NCBI GenBank assembly: GCA_050260675.1
Contig: JBLNCN010000010.1
Coordinates: 132,523-196,522 of the forward strand
Source of the DNA: Bacillota bacterium
GTDB lineage: Bacteria > Bacillota > Sulfobacillia > Fermentithermobacillales > Fermentithermobacillaceae
DNA: 64,000 nt
Reading direction: 5' to 3'
The translations under genes and the position numbers were made by a program. The notes beneath the pieces are model-generated. The model did not search any database. It saw nothing but the letters and a program-made list of their open reading frames with translations, and had not been told where the DNA came from. How positions within the stretch are numbered: position 1 is the first letter of the stretch; each line of letters starts with the position of its first letter. Positions 42,360 through 54,588 of the stretch are shown piece by piece.

Positions 42360-43169
42360 ATGCGCATGACTAACCTCACCATGGAAAGGAACCTGCTCTT
42401 CAACATAGCAGCCGCGGAGGAGCGTCTGCAGAATCTCCAGGACATGGCCTCTTCGGGGATGAAGTTCCAGAAGCCGCAGGACGACCCGGTTGGGGTCCAG
42501 CGGTCTATGAGCCTGCGCAACGAGAGGGTCAGGAATGAAAAGTACCTCAAGAACCTCTCAAGGGCGAAGTCCTGGATGGAGTACACGGAGCAGGCGTTGT
42601 CGGAACTCACGACCGCTCTCTCAAGGGCGCTGGAGATAGGACTGAACGGCGTAACCGTTACGACTCCTAAGACTGCAAGAGAAGCTATAGCAGCGGAAGT
42701 CCAGCAGTTACAGCAAGAAGTGCTCTCACTCAAGACCAGGACCATGGAGGGCCGGAACCTGCTAACGGGCACGATGCCCACGTGGAAGGTCGGCGACAAC
42801 CTGAACGTGACCGCGACCGATTTGACCGCAATGTTGGACAATGCGGCAAGCTATCTGCAGGACTTGGAGGATGCCCTTCGAGCTGAGGCGCTGACAGACG
42901 CGCAAGATGCCCTTGCCGACCTCGAAGCGGTGTCGGACAAAGTACTATCCGAGCGCGCGACAAACGGAGCCCGGGTCGCGAGGGTTGAAGCGCTGGAGAC
43001 CAAACTCACCGCTCTGGATATCGAGCACAAGCGCCTTCTTTCCGATGTCGAGGATATCGACATAACGGAGGTCATCGTGAAACTAAAGGGGGCTGAGACG
43101 GCGTACCAGGCCGCTTTGGGAGCCGGTGCCCGTCTCCTTCAGCCTAGTCTCTTGGACTATCTGAAGTAG
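42360..43169 (+). CDS. flgL: Flagellar hook-associated protein 3
   Basis: MRMTNLTMERNLLFNIAAAEERLQNLQDMASSGMKFQKPQDDPVG is the FlgL N-terminus. Confidence 0.88.
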   Translation: MRMTNLTMERNLLFNIAAAEERLQNLQDMASSGMKFQKPQDDPVGVQRSMSLRNERVRNEKYLKNLSRAKSWMEYTEQALSELTTALSRALEIGLNGVTVTTPKTAREAIAAEVQQLQQEVLSLKTRTMEGRNLLTGTMPTWKVGDNLNVTATDLTAMLDNAASYLQDLEDALRAEALTDAQDALADLEAVSDKVLSERATNGARVARVEALETKLTALDIEHKRLLSDVEDIDITEVIVKLKGAETAYQAALGAGARLLQPSLLDYLK

Positions 43170-43183
43170 GTACAGGGGGGTTC

Positions 43184-43639
43184 TTGATGAAGGTTGTGAC
43201 CAAGAGGTTTGGAACGCTCGAGGTCGACCCAGGGAGCATTCTGACCTTTCCTGAAGGCCTTATCGGTTTCCCCGACTGCCGTGACTTCGTGGTCGTCGAC
43301 TATCAGGTGGCCGGCGACTGTGTCAGGTGGCTGCAGTCGGTGACGGAGCCCGCGCTCGGGTTCGTAACCCTGGACCCAAAGGCCGTTTTTCCCGATTACG
43401 ATCCGGAGTTCTGCCCAACGGACTTGGAGCTGCTGGACTCCAAACCCGATGAGCTGGTGCTACTCTCAGTCGTGACCGTTCCGAGAGACGTGAGGCGGAT
43501 GACGGCGAATCTGCAAGCTCCTCTGGTAATCAACCCCAAGAAGAGGGTGGCGAGGCAGGTAATTACGACCTCGCCGGAGTATACCACTAAGCACTACGTC
43601 TTTAGTGCGCTCTCCAGCTTGTCGCAAAGGACTGGTTAG
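43184..43639 (+). CDS. fliW: Flagellar assembly factor FliW
   Basis: MKVVTKRFGTLEVDPGSILTFPEGLIGFPDCRDFVVVD is the FliW signature. Confidence 0.92.
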   Translation: MMKVVTKRFGTLEVDPGSILTFPEGLIGFPDCRDFVVVDYQVAGDCVRWLQSVTEPALGFVTLDPKAVFPDYDPEFCPTDLELLDSKPDELVLLSVVTVPRDVRRMTANLQAPLVINPKKRVARQVITTSPEYTTKHYVFSALSSLSQRTG

Positions 43640-43642
43640 AGG

Positions 43643-43900
43643 ATGTTGGTTCTGACCCGCAAACAAGGGCAAGCCATCAAGATTGGCGATGACATCGTCA
43701 TACGCGTGACCGAGGTGCGGGGTCGGGGCGGCAAGGCGCTGGTCAAGCTCGGCATAGAAGCCCCCCCGGGAGCCAAAATCCTGCGTGAAGAAGTTCTCTC
43801 CGAAGTCGCCCGGGAAATGGCGGCCGCTAAAGACCCCTCTTTTGATCTCTTCCAGCTGAAGGAGCGGAAAGACGCTCCCACAGGCACCTCCGAAAGATAG
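43643..43900 (+). CDS. csrA: Carbon storage regulator CsrA
   Basis: MLVLTRKQGQAIKIGDDIVIRVTEVRGRGGKALVKLGIEAPPGAKILREEV. Confidence 0.95.
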   Translation: MLVLTRKQGQAIKIGDDIVIRVTEVRGRGGKALVKLGIEAPPGAKILREEVLSEVAREMAAAKDPSFDLFQLKERKDAPTGTSER

Positions 43901-43991
43901 GGACTACCGCCCCTCACGTAACTCGCAGCCTAAACTGCTTAGCCCGCCGTTTCGATACCTACAATGGCAGCCGGAATTATCCGGGCCAGAG

Positions 43992-45815
43992 GTGAAAAAC
44001 ATGAGTAATCGCATCTCACTGAACGTTACCGGCCTCGATACGGAGTCTATCGTGTCAAGCTTGATGGCTCTGGAGCGCCAGCCGCTCGTGCGGCTGCAGA
44101 ACGAGCAGACCCTGCTCCTCCAAAAGAAGACCGCGTGGAACAACGTGAAGTCGCAGATCGACAAGGTGAGCGAGAAGATAGCTGCTCTTGCAAAAGCGGC
44201 TTCCTTTGAGGGCAAGACAGCCAAAGTCAGCTCAAGTTCGGTCCTTACCGCAACTACTACCGCTGCAGCTGTATCCGGTACATATGAGGTGCATGTGCAT
44301 ACTCTGGCTGCAGCCCAAGTAGTCCAGTCTTCAGGCTTCCCCAGCATGACCGAACCGTTTGCCACGCCTGTGGCGGGAACCGTCACTCTGAACGGTCAGT
44401 CCATCACGATCTCCGAAACCGACACCCTTGAATCGATAACCGCCAAGATCAACGCGACCGCCAATGTGGGCGCCCGCGCCGCCATACTTCAGACGTCTCC
44501 GGGAGTCTACAGGATGATCCTGACGTCTGAGAAGACCGGCGCGGCCGGAGCAATGGAGTTCGGCGGCGACCTCGCCGTATGGCGCAATCTAGGCGTTCTG
44601 GACGCAGGAGATGCAGTCAACGAGGTTACGGCTGCGACCGACGCCTCGTTTACGGTGAACGGGATATCTTTTACCCGCTCCAGCAATTCGGTGTCCGATG
44701 CGATACCGGGCGTTACGTTCAGCCTCCTGCAGGCTGGCGATGGAGCCAAAACGTCGATCACCGTGGAAAGTGACGACGAAGCGATCATTGCCAGCGTCAA
44801 GGAGTTTATCACCGAGTACAACAACATGATCGACACAGTGGGGAAGTACAACACCTACGACTCAAGCACCCGGAAGGCAGGGCTGCTCTTCGGCGATCCG
44901 CTGGTAACCGGGCTCTTATCGCAAATGCGGGCCGCTATATTCAGCACCGTTGCCGGCGCTCCCGCAGAGTACGCGACCTTATCGCTGGTCGGAATCACAA
45001 CAGGGACCGGGGCTGCTTACTCAAAGGACGGGAAGCTCACGCTTGATGAGACCAAGCTGAGGGACGCGCTGAAGGCTAACAGGGAAGGCGTGGCGGTCCT
45101 ATTTGGGGCCAGACCGGCGAATGCGGCCAGGGGCGCCACGATCACGGCCACCAGCTCGCTGGATCCCGGGTTGTACCCCGCCTCGAGCGTCAATGACGGT
45201 GTGACCGGCTCGGCTCTCTGGGGAGCCGGAGGCGGTTGGAGTGACGGAACCCCTGGAGACTTCACCGACGACAGAATAGTGGTCGACTTCGGGCAGGCGC
45301 GCACAATCGACAAGTTGACGGTGCACACGGTCAACTCAGCGGCGTTCCCAGCAGCCGGCTTCGGCATCAGGGACTTCAGCTTCGAGTATTGGGATGGATC
45401 CGCATGGGTCGCGCTCGGAGATCCTGTGACCGGGAATACCGGAGCCTATAAGTCGGTATCGTTCAGCCCGGTTACCACCACCAAGATCAGGCTCAATGTG
45501 ACGGCGTCAAACGACGGCCAGTACTCACGCGTTACCGAAATAGAGGCGTTCCAGGAGAACGAAGGGGCCTTCGCCAAGCTGGCCGACATCGCCAATCGCT
45601 ATACTGCGGCCGACGGCTTTGTGACCCATCGTACCGAGGCCCTTGAAAACCAGGACAAGGCCCTCCAGAGACGCATGGAAGACATGCAGCGGCGGCTGGA
45701 CAACAAAGAGGCCAGCTTGCGGAGACAGTATACTGCTCTGGAAGTCACTCTCGGAAAACTCAACTCCCAGAGCGCCTGGCTCACCCAGCAGATCAACTCG
45801 CTGGCCCTTCAGTAA
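43992..45815 (+). CDS. fliD: Flagellar filament cap protein FliD with an inserted F5/8 type C (discoidin) domain
   Basis: The FliD N-terminal and C-terminal coiled coils are present. Residues ~380-520 (IVVDFGQARTIDKLTVHTVN...FGIRDFSFEYWDGSAWVALG...KIRLNVTAS...YSRVTEIEAFQ) show the discoidin beta-sandwich pattern. Confidence 0.85.
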   Translation: MKNMSNRISLNVTGLDTESIVSSLMALERQPLVRLQNEQTLLLQKKTAWNNVKSQIDKVSEKIAALAKAASFEGKTAKVSSSSVLTATTTAAAVSGTYEVHVHTLAAAQVVQSSGFPSMTEPFATPVAGTVTLNGQSITISETDTLESITAKINATANVGARAAILQTSPGVYRMILTSEKTGAAGAMEFGGDLAVWRNLGVLDAGDAVNEVTAATDASFTVNGISFTRSSNSVSDAIPGVTFSLLQAGDGAKTSITVESDDEAIIASVKEFITEYNNMIDTVGKYNTYDSSTRKAGLLFGDPLVTGLLSQMRAAIFSTVAGAPAEYATLSLVGITTGTGAAYSKDGKLTLDETKLRDALKANREGVAVLFGARPANAARGATITATSSLDPGLYPASSVNDGVTGSALWGAGGGWSDGTPGDFTDDRIVVDFGQARTIDKLTVHTVNSAAFPAAGFGIRDFSFEYWDGSAWVALGDPVTGNTGAYKSVSFSPVTTTKIRLNVTASNDGQYSRVTEIEAFQENEGAFAKLADIANRYTAADGFVTHRTEALENQDKALQRRMEDMQRRLDNKEASLRRQYTALEVTLGKLNSQSAWLTQQINSLALQ

Positions 45816-45840
45816 CAGGAATAGAGGTGCGTGACTACAC

Positions 45841-46245
45841 ATGGCAACTCCGGTCTACGGGCTCCTCGCAGGAAAGGAAAAGGCACTATCCAGGTACAAG
45901 GCAATGAGCGTCGAGACTGCATCTCCCGGTGAACTCGTACTCATGCTGTACAATGAATCTCTGCGGGCTATGAGGGACGCTTCATTGGCTTTGGAGCGAA
46001 ATGACATTGGAGGCAGCAGCAAGAGCCTTCTCCGGGCCCAGGACATCGTGCTCGAACTCAGGACTTCGCTGAACCCCGCAGCCGGAATGGAAGTGGCCGC
46101 CAACCTGAACTCAATGTACGAATTCGTTGGCGGAAGGCTTATTGAAGCAAACATCAAGAAGTCACAGGAGCCGCTCATGGATGCCATGAAGGTCATGGGC
46201 AACCTGCGCGACGGGTGGCAAGAAGTCCTTGGCAAACATGTCTAA
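45841..46245 (+). CDS. fliS: Flagellin-specific chaperone FliS
   Basis: YKAMSVETASPGELVLMLYNESLRAMRDA is the FliS signature. Confidence 0.9.
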   Translation: MATPVYGLLAGKEKALSRYKAMSVETASPGELVLMLYNESLRAMRDASLALERNDIGGSSKSLLRAQDIVLELRTSLNPAAGMEVAANLNSMYEFVGGRLIEANIKKSQEPLMDAMKVMGNLRDGWQEVLGKHV

Positions 46246-46612
46246 GAGCGAGGATTGGACCGGCGATCTGTCTTCGTGGGTGCAGGAATTCCTGGCTGTC
46301 AGCCAGAGAGCGTGGGACTGCGCCGCCATCCGTGACTTCACGCGCCTTGCAGAGGCCATAGATGAACGGAATCGCTTGATTAAAGCTTTCCCTCAGTTCG
46401 GGGACCTTTCGGATCTTCCCCCCGAGACCCAGCGGCAGATTGGCGACATACTCGCGTCGGCGAGAAAGATAGACGGTGAGATACAGAAGGCGCTCATGCA
46501 CGAGATGGAGCAGGATAGCCGCGCTATACGGGACACGGCCAATAGAGCCAAGGCGCTCTCCGCCTACGATCGCGCTCTGCCGAAGCACCGCCGGTTCGAC
46601 AGACAGAAGTAG
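46229..46612 (+). CDS. fliT: Putative FliT-like flagellar protein
   Basis: A 127-aa helical protein immediately after fliS. The assignment rests on position and size only. Confidence 0.4.
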   Translation: MANMSKSEDWTGDLSSWVQEFLAVSQRAWDCAAIRDFTRLAEAIDERNRLIKAFPQFGDLSDLPPETQRQIGDILASARKIDGEIQKALMHEMEQDSRAIRDTANRAKALSAYDRALPKHRRFDRQK

Positions 46613-46682
46613 CTGAATCGAGTGTTGTCGAAAAAACTAAAGCCCCAGCATGCTTGCTGGGGCTTATGTTGTCTTTAGGAAG

Positions 46683-46883
46683 CTACGCTGTCTTTACGAC
46701 GTTGGCTGCCTGCAGGCCCTTGGGACCCTCGACGATGTCGAACTCCACGGAATCGCCCTGGTTGAGGGTACGGAATCCCTCTGTCTGGATGGCGGTGTAG
46801 TGGACGAACACGTCAGGACCGTCTTCCCTCTCGATGAACCCGTAACCCTTTTCCGCGTTGAACCATTTGACTTTACCTTGCAT
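46683..46883 (-). CDS. Cold-shock protein (CspA family)
   Basis: [32 protein letters not shown] contains the RNP1/RNP2 motifs. Confidence 0.95.
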   Translation of the reverse strand: MQGKVKWFNAEKGYGFIEREDGPDVFVHYTAIQTEGFRTLNQGDSVEFDIVEGPKGLQAANVVKTA

Positions 46884-47203
46884 CTCGGGACATACCTCCT
46901 AATTACCGACGACGGGTCCCGGCCACGTCGCCTCCTGGAGCTTTCTGCTCGTGCTCGCACTATAGCATGCCCAAATGGGCGAGTCAACAGAGCTTTAACG
47001 CCACATGCTGTGGATAATGTGAGTAACTCTGTTGATAAGCAGTTAAGCCCGCCTTTCCAATTGGGGATATGGTTGTGGATTGTCGGGAAATGTCGAAAGA
47101 CGATGCGGACTCGCCGAGTATCCTGTCGGAACAGGGCCTGGAAGGATTCACCCCTCAAGGAGGGAATACTATAGCTTCAAAGAGTCCAAACGGAGGTATC
47201 TGA

Positions 47204-47713
47204 ATGGAGATTATCGTCAGAGGAAAGAACATCGACGTAAACCCGGCTCTAAAGCAGTACGCAGAGAAGAGACTGGGCAAGATCGATAGGTATCTCCGCC
47301 AATCCCCCCTGGTCTGTCAGGTGACCTTCTCCATCGAGCGAGAAGAGCACGTTGTTGAGGTAACGATTCCACTTAACGGGGTATTGCTCCGCGCCGAGGA
47401 GAGGAGTCGCGAAGCGTTCTCCGCAGTTGACAATGTCGTCGAGAAACTCGAAAAGCAGATTGAAAAGTACCGTACCAAGCTCCTGAGGCGGGATAAGGGC
47501 GAGCTGCCTCCCGAGTCACGGGTAGGTGACGAAGGCCCGGCTATCGTCAAGGTCAAGCGGTTTGCAATCAAGCCCATGAGCCCTGAAGAGGCTGCCACGC
47601 AGATGGAACTCCTCGGGCACGATTTCTTCGTGTTCGCCAATGGCGACACCGGGGCTGTGAACGTAGTGTACAGGAGGAAAGACGGCAATTACGGCCTGAT
47701 TGAGCCGGAATAA
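47204..47713 (+). CDS. hpf: Ribosome hibernation-promoting factor (long HPF/YvyD)
   Basis: MEIIVRGKNIDVNPALKQYAEKRLGKIDRYL plus a C-terminal dimerisation domain. Confidence 0.92.
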   Translation: MEIIVRGKNIDVNPALKQYAEKRLGKIDRYLRQSPLVCQVTFSIEREEHVVEVTIPLNGVLLRAEERSREAFSAVDNVVEKLEKQIEKYRTKLLRRDKGELPPESRVGDEGPAIVKVKRFAIKPMSPEEAATQMELLGHDFFVFANGDTGAVNVVYRRKDGNYGLIEPE

Positions 47714-47746
47714 AGGCGAAGCAGAGCGTGAGCGGAGGTAGGGTCC

Positions 47747-48913
47747 ATGTTCCAGCCCAAAGTCACCGCCGTTATCTTTGAGGGTGGACAAGCTAAGACC
47801 GAACTTGACAGGGTCATAGCCGGCGTGCGGAAACAGGTCGTCCTGGACACGGCTGAGAAACTGGTGACGGTAAAGGAGATCGACGAGGTCGTCCTCGTCA
47901 CCAACTATCCCGACCTTGCCGCCCAGGCCGCTCCTCTTGGCATCGCCGTGGACCTTGAGACCGTTCGCGCCCCTTTCCACTTTGGGCGCAGGCTCCGCGA
48001 GGTCATCATCAGCCACGACATCGAAAACGTGATCTACATGGGAGGGGCCGCGGCGCCTCTCCTCACCTCGAGGGAATTTGGAGACATTGCCGCCAGCTTA
48101 AAGCGCGAGCGCAACCTGGTCATCATGAATAACGTTCAGTCAGCCGACCTGGTGGCGTTTTCACCGGCGAGAGCCATAGATGAGATTGAGCCGCCCGACA
48201 AGGACAACCCCCTGGGTAACCTTCTAAGGGAGATCGGCCTCCGGCGGGTCCTCATCCCCAACTCGGGGCGGGTGAACTTCGATCTCGATACTCCGACGGA
48301 CATCCTTGTGCTCGGGATGCATCCCGGCTGCGGCCGCCGGGCAAAGAAGGCCGTCGACGACCTGAAGTGGTCCAGAGCCACCATCGATCTCGCTTACCAA
48401 GTCCTAAGGGACCAATCGCGGGAGGTCGCTGTGATAGGCAGGGTGGGACCCGCGGTGATCCAGTACGTGAATGCCAATATGGTACACAGGATGCGTGTGT
48501 TTTCCGAAGAAAGAGGTATGAAGGCGTTGGGCCGGGAGGATAGGGGCGAAGTCAGGTCCCTCTTGGGTTTTATGGTCCAAGAGATTGGCCCCAAGGCCTT
48601 CTTCTCGTACCTGGCGAAAACCGCAGACGTTGCGTTTATCGATACCAGGGTCATTTTCGGGCACCTTAGGAAGCAGCTGTCCGACTGGGACAGGTTTCAA
48701 TCGGATCTGGGCCGCTACGATTTGGTGCAGGACGGTTGGACCAGGGAGTTTACTAAATGCGCGCAGGAAGCCGGAATCCCGGTGGTACTAGGCGGTCATA
48801 GCCTGGTCGCCGCCGGCCTCTGGCTGCTCGCGGAGATGATCGTGAAAGAGCGCGAAGATGGGGGTTACCGGCATAACACCTACGTGCTGTCGAGGGGCTA
48901 CCGCCCGACGTAA
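47747..48913 (+). CDS. Hypothetical protein. The N-terminal half weakly resembles a nucleotidyltransferase (CofC/MobA-like) fold, and the C-terminal half is unknown
   Basis: The pattern VTAVIFEGGQAKTEL...IYMGGAAAPLLTSREF is reminiscent of GT-A-like NTases. This is unverified. Confidence 0.3.
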   Translation: MFQPKVTAVIFEGGQAKTELDRVIAGVRKQVVLDTAEKLVTVKEIDEVVLVTNYPDLAAQAAPLGIAVDLETVRAPFHFGRRLREVIISHDIENVIYMGGAAAPLLTSREFGDIAASLKRERNLVIMNNVQSADLVAFSPARAIDEIEPPDKDNPLGNLLREIGLRRVLIPNSGRVNFDLDTPTDILVLGMHPGCGRRAKKAVDDLKWSRATIDLAYQVLRDQSREVAVIGRVGPAVIQYVNANMVHRMRVFSEERGMKALGREDRGEVRSLLGFMVQEIGPKAFFSYLAKTADVAFIDTRVIFGHLRKQLSDWDRFQSDLGRYDLVQDGWTREFTKCAQEAGIPVVLGGHSLVAAGLWLLAEMIVKEREDGGYRHNTYVLSRGYRPT

Positions 48914-48928
48914 GGGAGGTGACTGAAC

Positions 48929-49579
48929 GTGCCGACAGAGAAGGGCAGTATTCCGGTCAAGGAGTACGAGGAGACCCTAAAGCGGATCAAGGACGTCATC
49001 TCGGCTCGCATCGTGTTGGACGAGATGGGCGGTATCCTCGAGGTCCACATCCTGGCAGGGCCCGGGAGAGCCGTCAAGTACATCGCTCGCGACGTAGAGT
49101 CAACCATAATCGCTGCATTTGGCTTCGCCCTCGACCGGAGGAAGATCTCCATAGCTCAGTTGGGAGGAGGCGATCCGGGCCGCCAGGAGAAGCGCCTGCA
49201 GCTGGAACGAGTGCAGATAATATCTGAACCCGACGGAGCCCAGATCGATGTATCGCTCAAGATGGGAACGATAGCGGTGTCCGGCTCGGCCCGGGGAGTG
49301 CCGACGGCAAAGAGCTGGCTGTATCTTGCGGCCAGCGCCACCCTGAATGCCGTGTCTCAGTTCTTGAACCCCGATATCACGTTCAACGTTGAGGACGCCA
49401 CCGTGAGTTCCTCGCGCCCCAACAAGGTGGCGCTGGTCTCGCTCATGGTGTTCAGTTCAGGCAGGCAGCAACTGCTCACCGGTTCTTGTCCGGTATCCCA
49501 CGACGACCGCGAAGCCATCGTCAAAGCAACACTGGATGCTCTCAATCGCAAGTTTGCGCAATTGCTGGCTGGGGACTAA
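48929..49579 (+). CDS. Hypothetical protein with two ~70-aa internally repeated alpha/beta modules
   Basis: GTG start 15 nt after the upstream stop with GGGAGGTG, so it is probably translationally linked to 47747..48913. Confidence 0.35.
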   Translation: MPTEKGSIPVKEYEETLKRIKDVISARIVLDEMGGILEVHILAGPGRAVKYIARDVESTIIAAFGFALDRRKISIAQLGGGDPGRQEKRLQLERVQIISEPDGAQIDVSLKMGTIAVSGSARGVPTAKSWLYLAASATLNAVSQFLNPDITFNVEDATVSSSRPNKVALVSLMVFSSGRQQLLTGSCPVSHDDREAIVKATLDALNRKFAQLLAGD

Positions 49580-49853
49580 TCATCCGGCCTGCTAGAACAC
49601 TGAAGGGTTCTCACTGGGAAACGCAGAATAGGGACTTCGGCCGGCAGTGAGGAGAAACAAGCGGAGCCAGCGTCTCCGAAGTAGCGGTTCGGAAGAGCGC
49701 CCCGAACACGTCTGGGGGTTCCCTAAGTGAACAGGCTTCTCAAAGTGCTCCTTGCGATTTGCACCTTGCTTCTGGCTGGAGCGGCTCACTGGCAGATCGG
49801 CGCGTAGTTGATCGGTCCAACTGCCGGCCATAGTCGAGAGAGGTGCCTGTTCT

Positions 49854-51119
49854 TTGGACGGAAGGGCCAAGCATCTCAGGGAAGAGATCTATACTTGGCT
49901 GGTGATAGTCGCCGGCCTTGTTGTATTAGCTACTCATTGGCCCACCTTTGCCAGTGTGCAGAAGTTAGTAGAAGTCGTTTTCATGGGGATCCTGATCGCC
50001 ATCGGTGAGGCCTCGCCTGTTGTCCTTCCCAACAGCCTCGGAACAGTCTCGGTATCCCTCCCCATATCCATCACGGTCGCGGTTCTATACGGCCAAGAAG
50101 CAGGCATCTGGGCCGCAGTTCTGGGGACTCTGCGCAAGCAGGATGTCACCGGTAAGATCAAGCCCAAGTACGTTCTCTTCAACAGGGCGATGATCGCAAT
50201 CTCGATGTACTCTTTCTGCCTTGTCTACCCCGCAATGGGGGGGACCTACGGCACCATGGCTTTCCCCCAAGACCTCCTGCCCTTTGTCGTCGCGGCCTGC
50301 GTGTACACTTTCGTGAACGCCATGATCGCTACCGGCTGGTGGTCCCTCCACTTCTCGCAGGGGTTCTGGTCGGTGTGGCGCAGCAACATCCGTTGGGGCC
50401 TACCGAATATGATGGCGTTGGTGCCGGTCGGTATGGTGATGGTCCTCGCTGCTCAAGCCCAACAAAACGGCCCGTGGATCCTCATCCTCTTCTACCTGCC
50501 GATCATGGTCAGCAAGTACTCGCTGGACAAGTACATGGAGCTTCGCTCCGCGTACCGTGAGATGGCCTCAGCGCTAAGTAATGCCATCGATGCCAGGGAC
50601 TCGTACACTCGGGGCCACTCCGAGCGGGTTTCGGAGTATGCGGCCCAGCTTGCCGCAGCCCTTAAGCTGCCGGAAGACCAGATAGACACCATCCGGTATG
50701 TTGGGCTCCTCCATGACGTGGGCAAGGTCGGCATCCGGGACGCGATCATGAAGAAGCAGGGCACGTTCACTCTCGACGAATACGAAGAGATGAAGAACCA
50801 CGCGAACCTTGGAGCGGACATGCTCGCCGGGCTCAAGTTCCTGGGAAAGGGCCAGGACTGGGTGAGGTACCACCATGAAAGATGGGACGGACACGGCTTC
50901 CCGAAGGGGCTTTCGGGAGAAGAGATACCTATAGAGGCCCGCATTCTCGCGTGCGCCGACTCTTTCGACGCTATGACCACCGATAGGCCCTACAAGGCCA
51001 AGATGGACCTGGATGCGGCGAGGCGGGAGCTCCTCCGGTGTAGCGGCACGCAGTTTGACCCCAAGGTAGTCGACGCTATGATCAAGGTGATAGACAAGAT
51101 GAAAGAAGGCGGCACCTAG
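49854..51119 (+). CDS. 7TM-receptor-type HD-GYP phosphodiesterase
   Basis: About 7 TM helices followed by an HD-GYP domain (LLHDVGKVGIRD, HHERWDGHGFPKG). TTG start, and the true start is uncertain. Confidence 0.85.
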   Translation: MDGRAKHLREEIYTWLVIVAGLVVLATHWPTFASVQKLVEVVFMGILIAIGEASPVVLPNSLGTVSVSLPISITVAVLYGQEAGIWAAVLGTLRKQDVTGKIKPKYVLFNRAMIAISMYSFCLVYPAMGGTYGTMAFPQDLLPFVVAACVYTFVNAMIATGWWSLHFSQGFWSVWRSNIRWGLPNMMALVPVGMVMVLAAQAQQNGPWILILFYLPIMVSKYSLDKYMELRSAYREMASALSNAIDARDSYTRGHSERVSEYAAQLAAALKLPEDQIDTIRYVGLLHDVGKVGIRDAIMKKQGTFTLDEYEEMKNHANLGADMLAGLKFLGKGQDWVRYHHERWDGHGFPKGLSGEEIPIEARILACADSFDAMTTDRPYKAKMDLDAARRELLRCSGTQFDPKVVDAMIKVIDKMKEGGT

Positions 51120-51122
51120 CCC

Positions 51123-51701
51123 GTGCTCGTCACGTTTGCCGCCGGCTCGTTCATCCTCAGCTGGCTCCTCGGCGGAAAGCCCAAGCGCCTGGCCGACCTC
51201 GATTTCCAAAGGCTCCCCTGGATGATGGCGTCCTTTCTCCTGAGAGACATCGCGGAAGAGTTGTTTGACAAAGCGGCGCCTGAGCTCTGGGCATCCACCC
51301 TTTTGGCGCTTGCCTGCTACGGCCTCCTGTTCTACGGCATCTACCCCAACCGGCGGTTGCCGGGCATGTGGGCCGTCGCCTTAGGCTCCGCGCTGAACCT
51401 CCTGGTCATCCTAGCGAACCAGGCCCGGATGCCGGTATCGGTAGCCCGGCTAACCGCGGAAGAGGCAGCGCGCGAAATCGCGCGCCTTGGGACCAGCATC
51501 AACCACCAGCTGCTCGTCCCCACATCCCGCCTGCAGTCTCTCGCAGACCTTTACAAGTGGACTTTCCTTCAGCCGCAGCCGGTCATGTTCAGCATAGGCG
51601 ACGTCCTCATAACCGCCGGCGTTTCCTACCTCATCTTCAAGGTCAGCCTGCGCGGTTTTCGGCCTTCCGCCGTTGATGGTAGAATGGGCAAGGTAGGCTA
51701 G
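51123..51701 (+). CDS. DUF-type small polytopic membrane protein, probably co-transcribed with the HD-GYP gene
   Basis: Four to five predicted TM helices, starting 4 nt after the HD-GYP stop. Confidence 0.5.
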   Translation: MLVTFAAGSFILSWLLGGKPKRLADLDFQRLPWMMASFLLRDIAEELFDKAAPELWASTLLALACYGLLFYGIYPNRRLPGMWAVALGSALNLLVILANQARMPVSVARLTAEEAAREIARLGTSINHQLLVPTSRLQSLADLYKWTFLQPQPVMFSIGDVLITAGVSYLIFKVSLRGFRPSAVDGRMGKVG

Positions 51702-51735
51702 CCAAAAGCCGAGCATAACCGGAGAGGGATGCCGT

Positions 51736-54570
<2,835 letters not shown>

Positions 54571-54588
54571 AGCCGGGGAGGAGATTGC

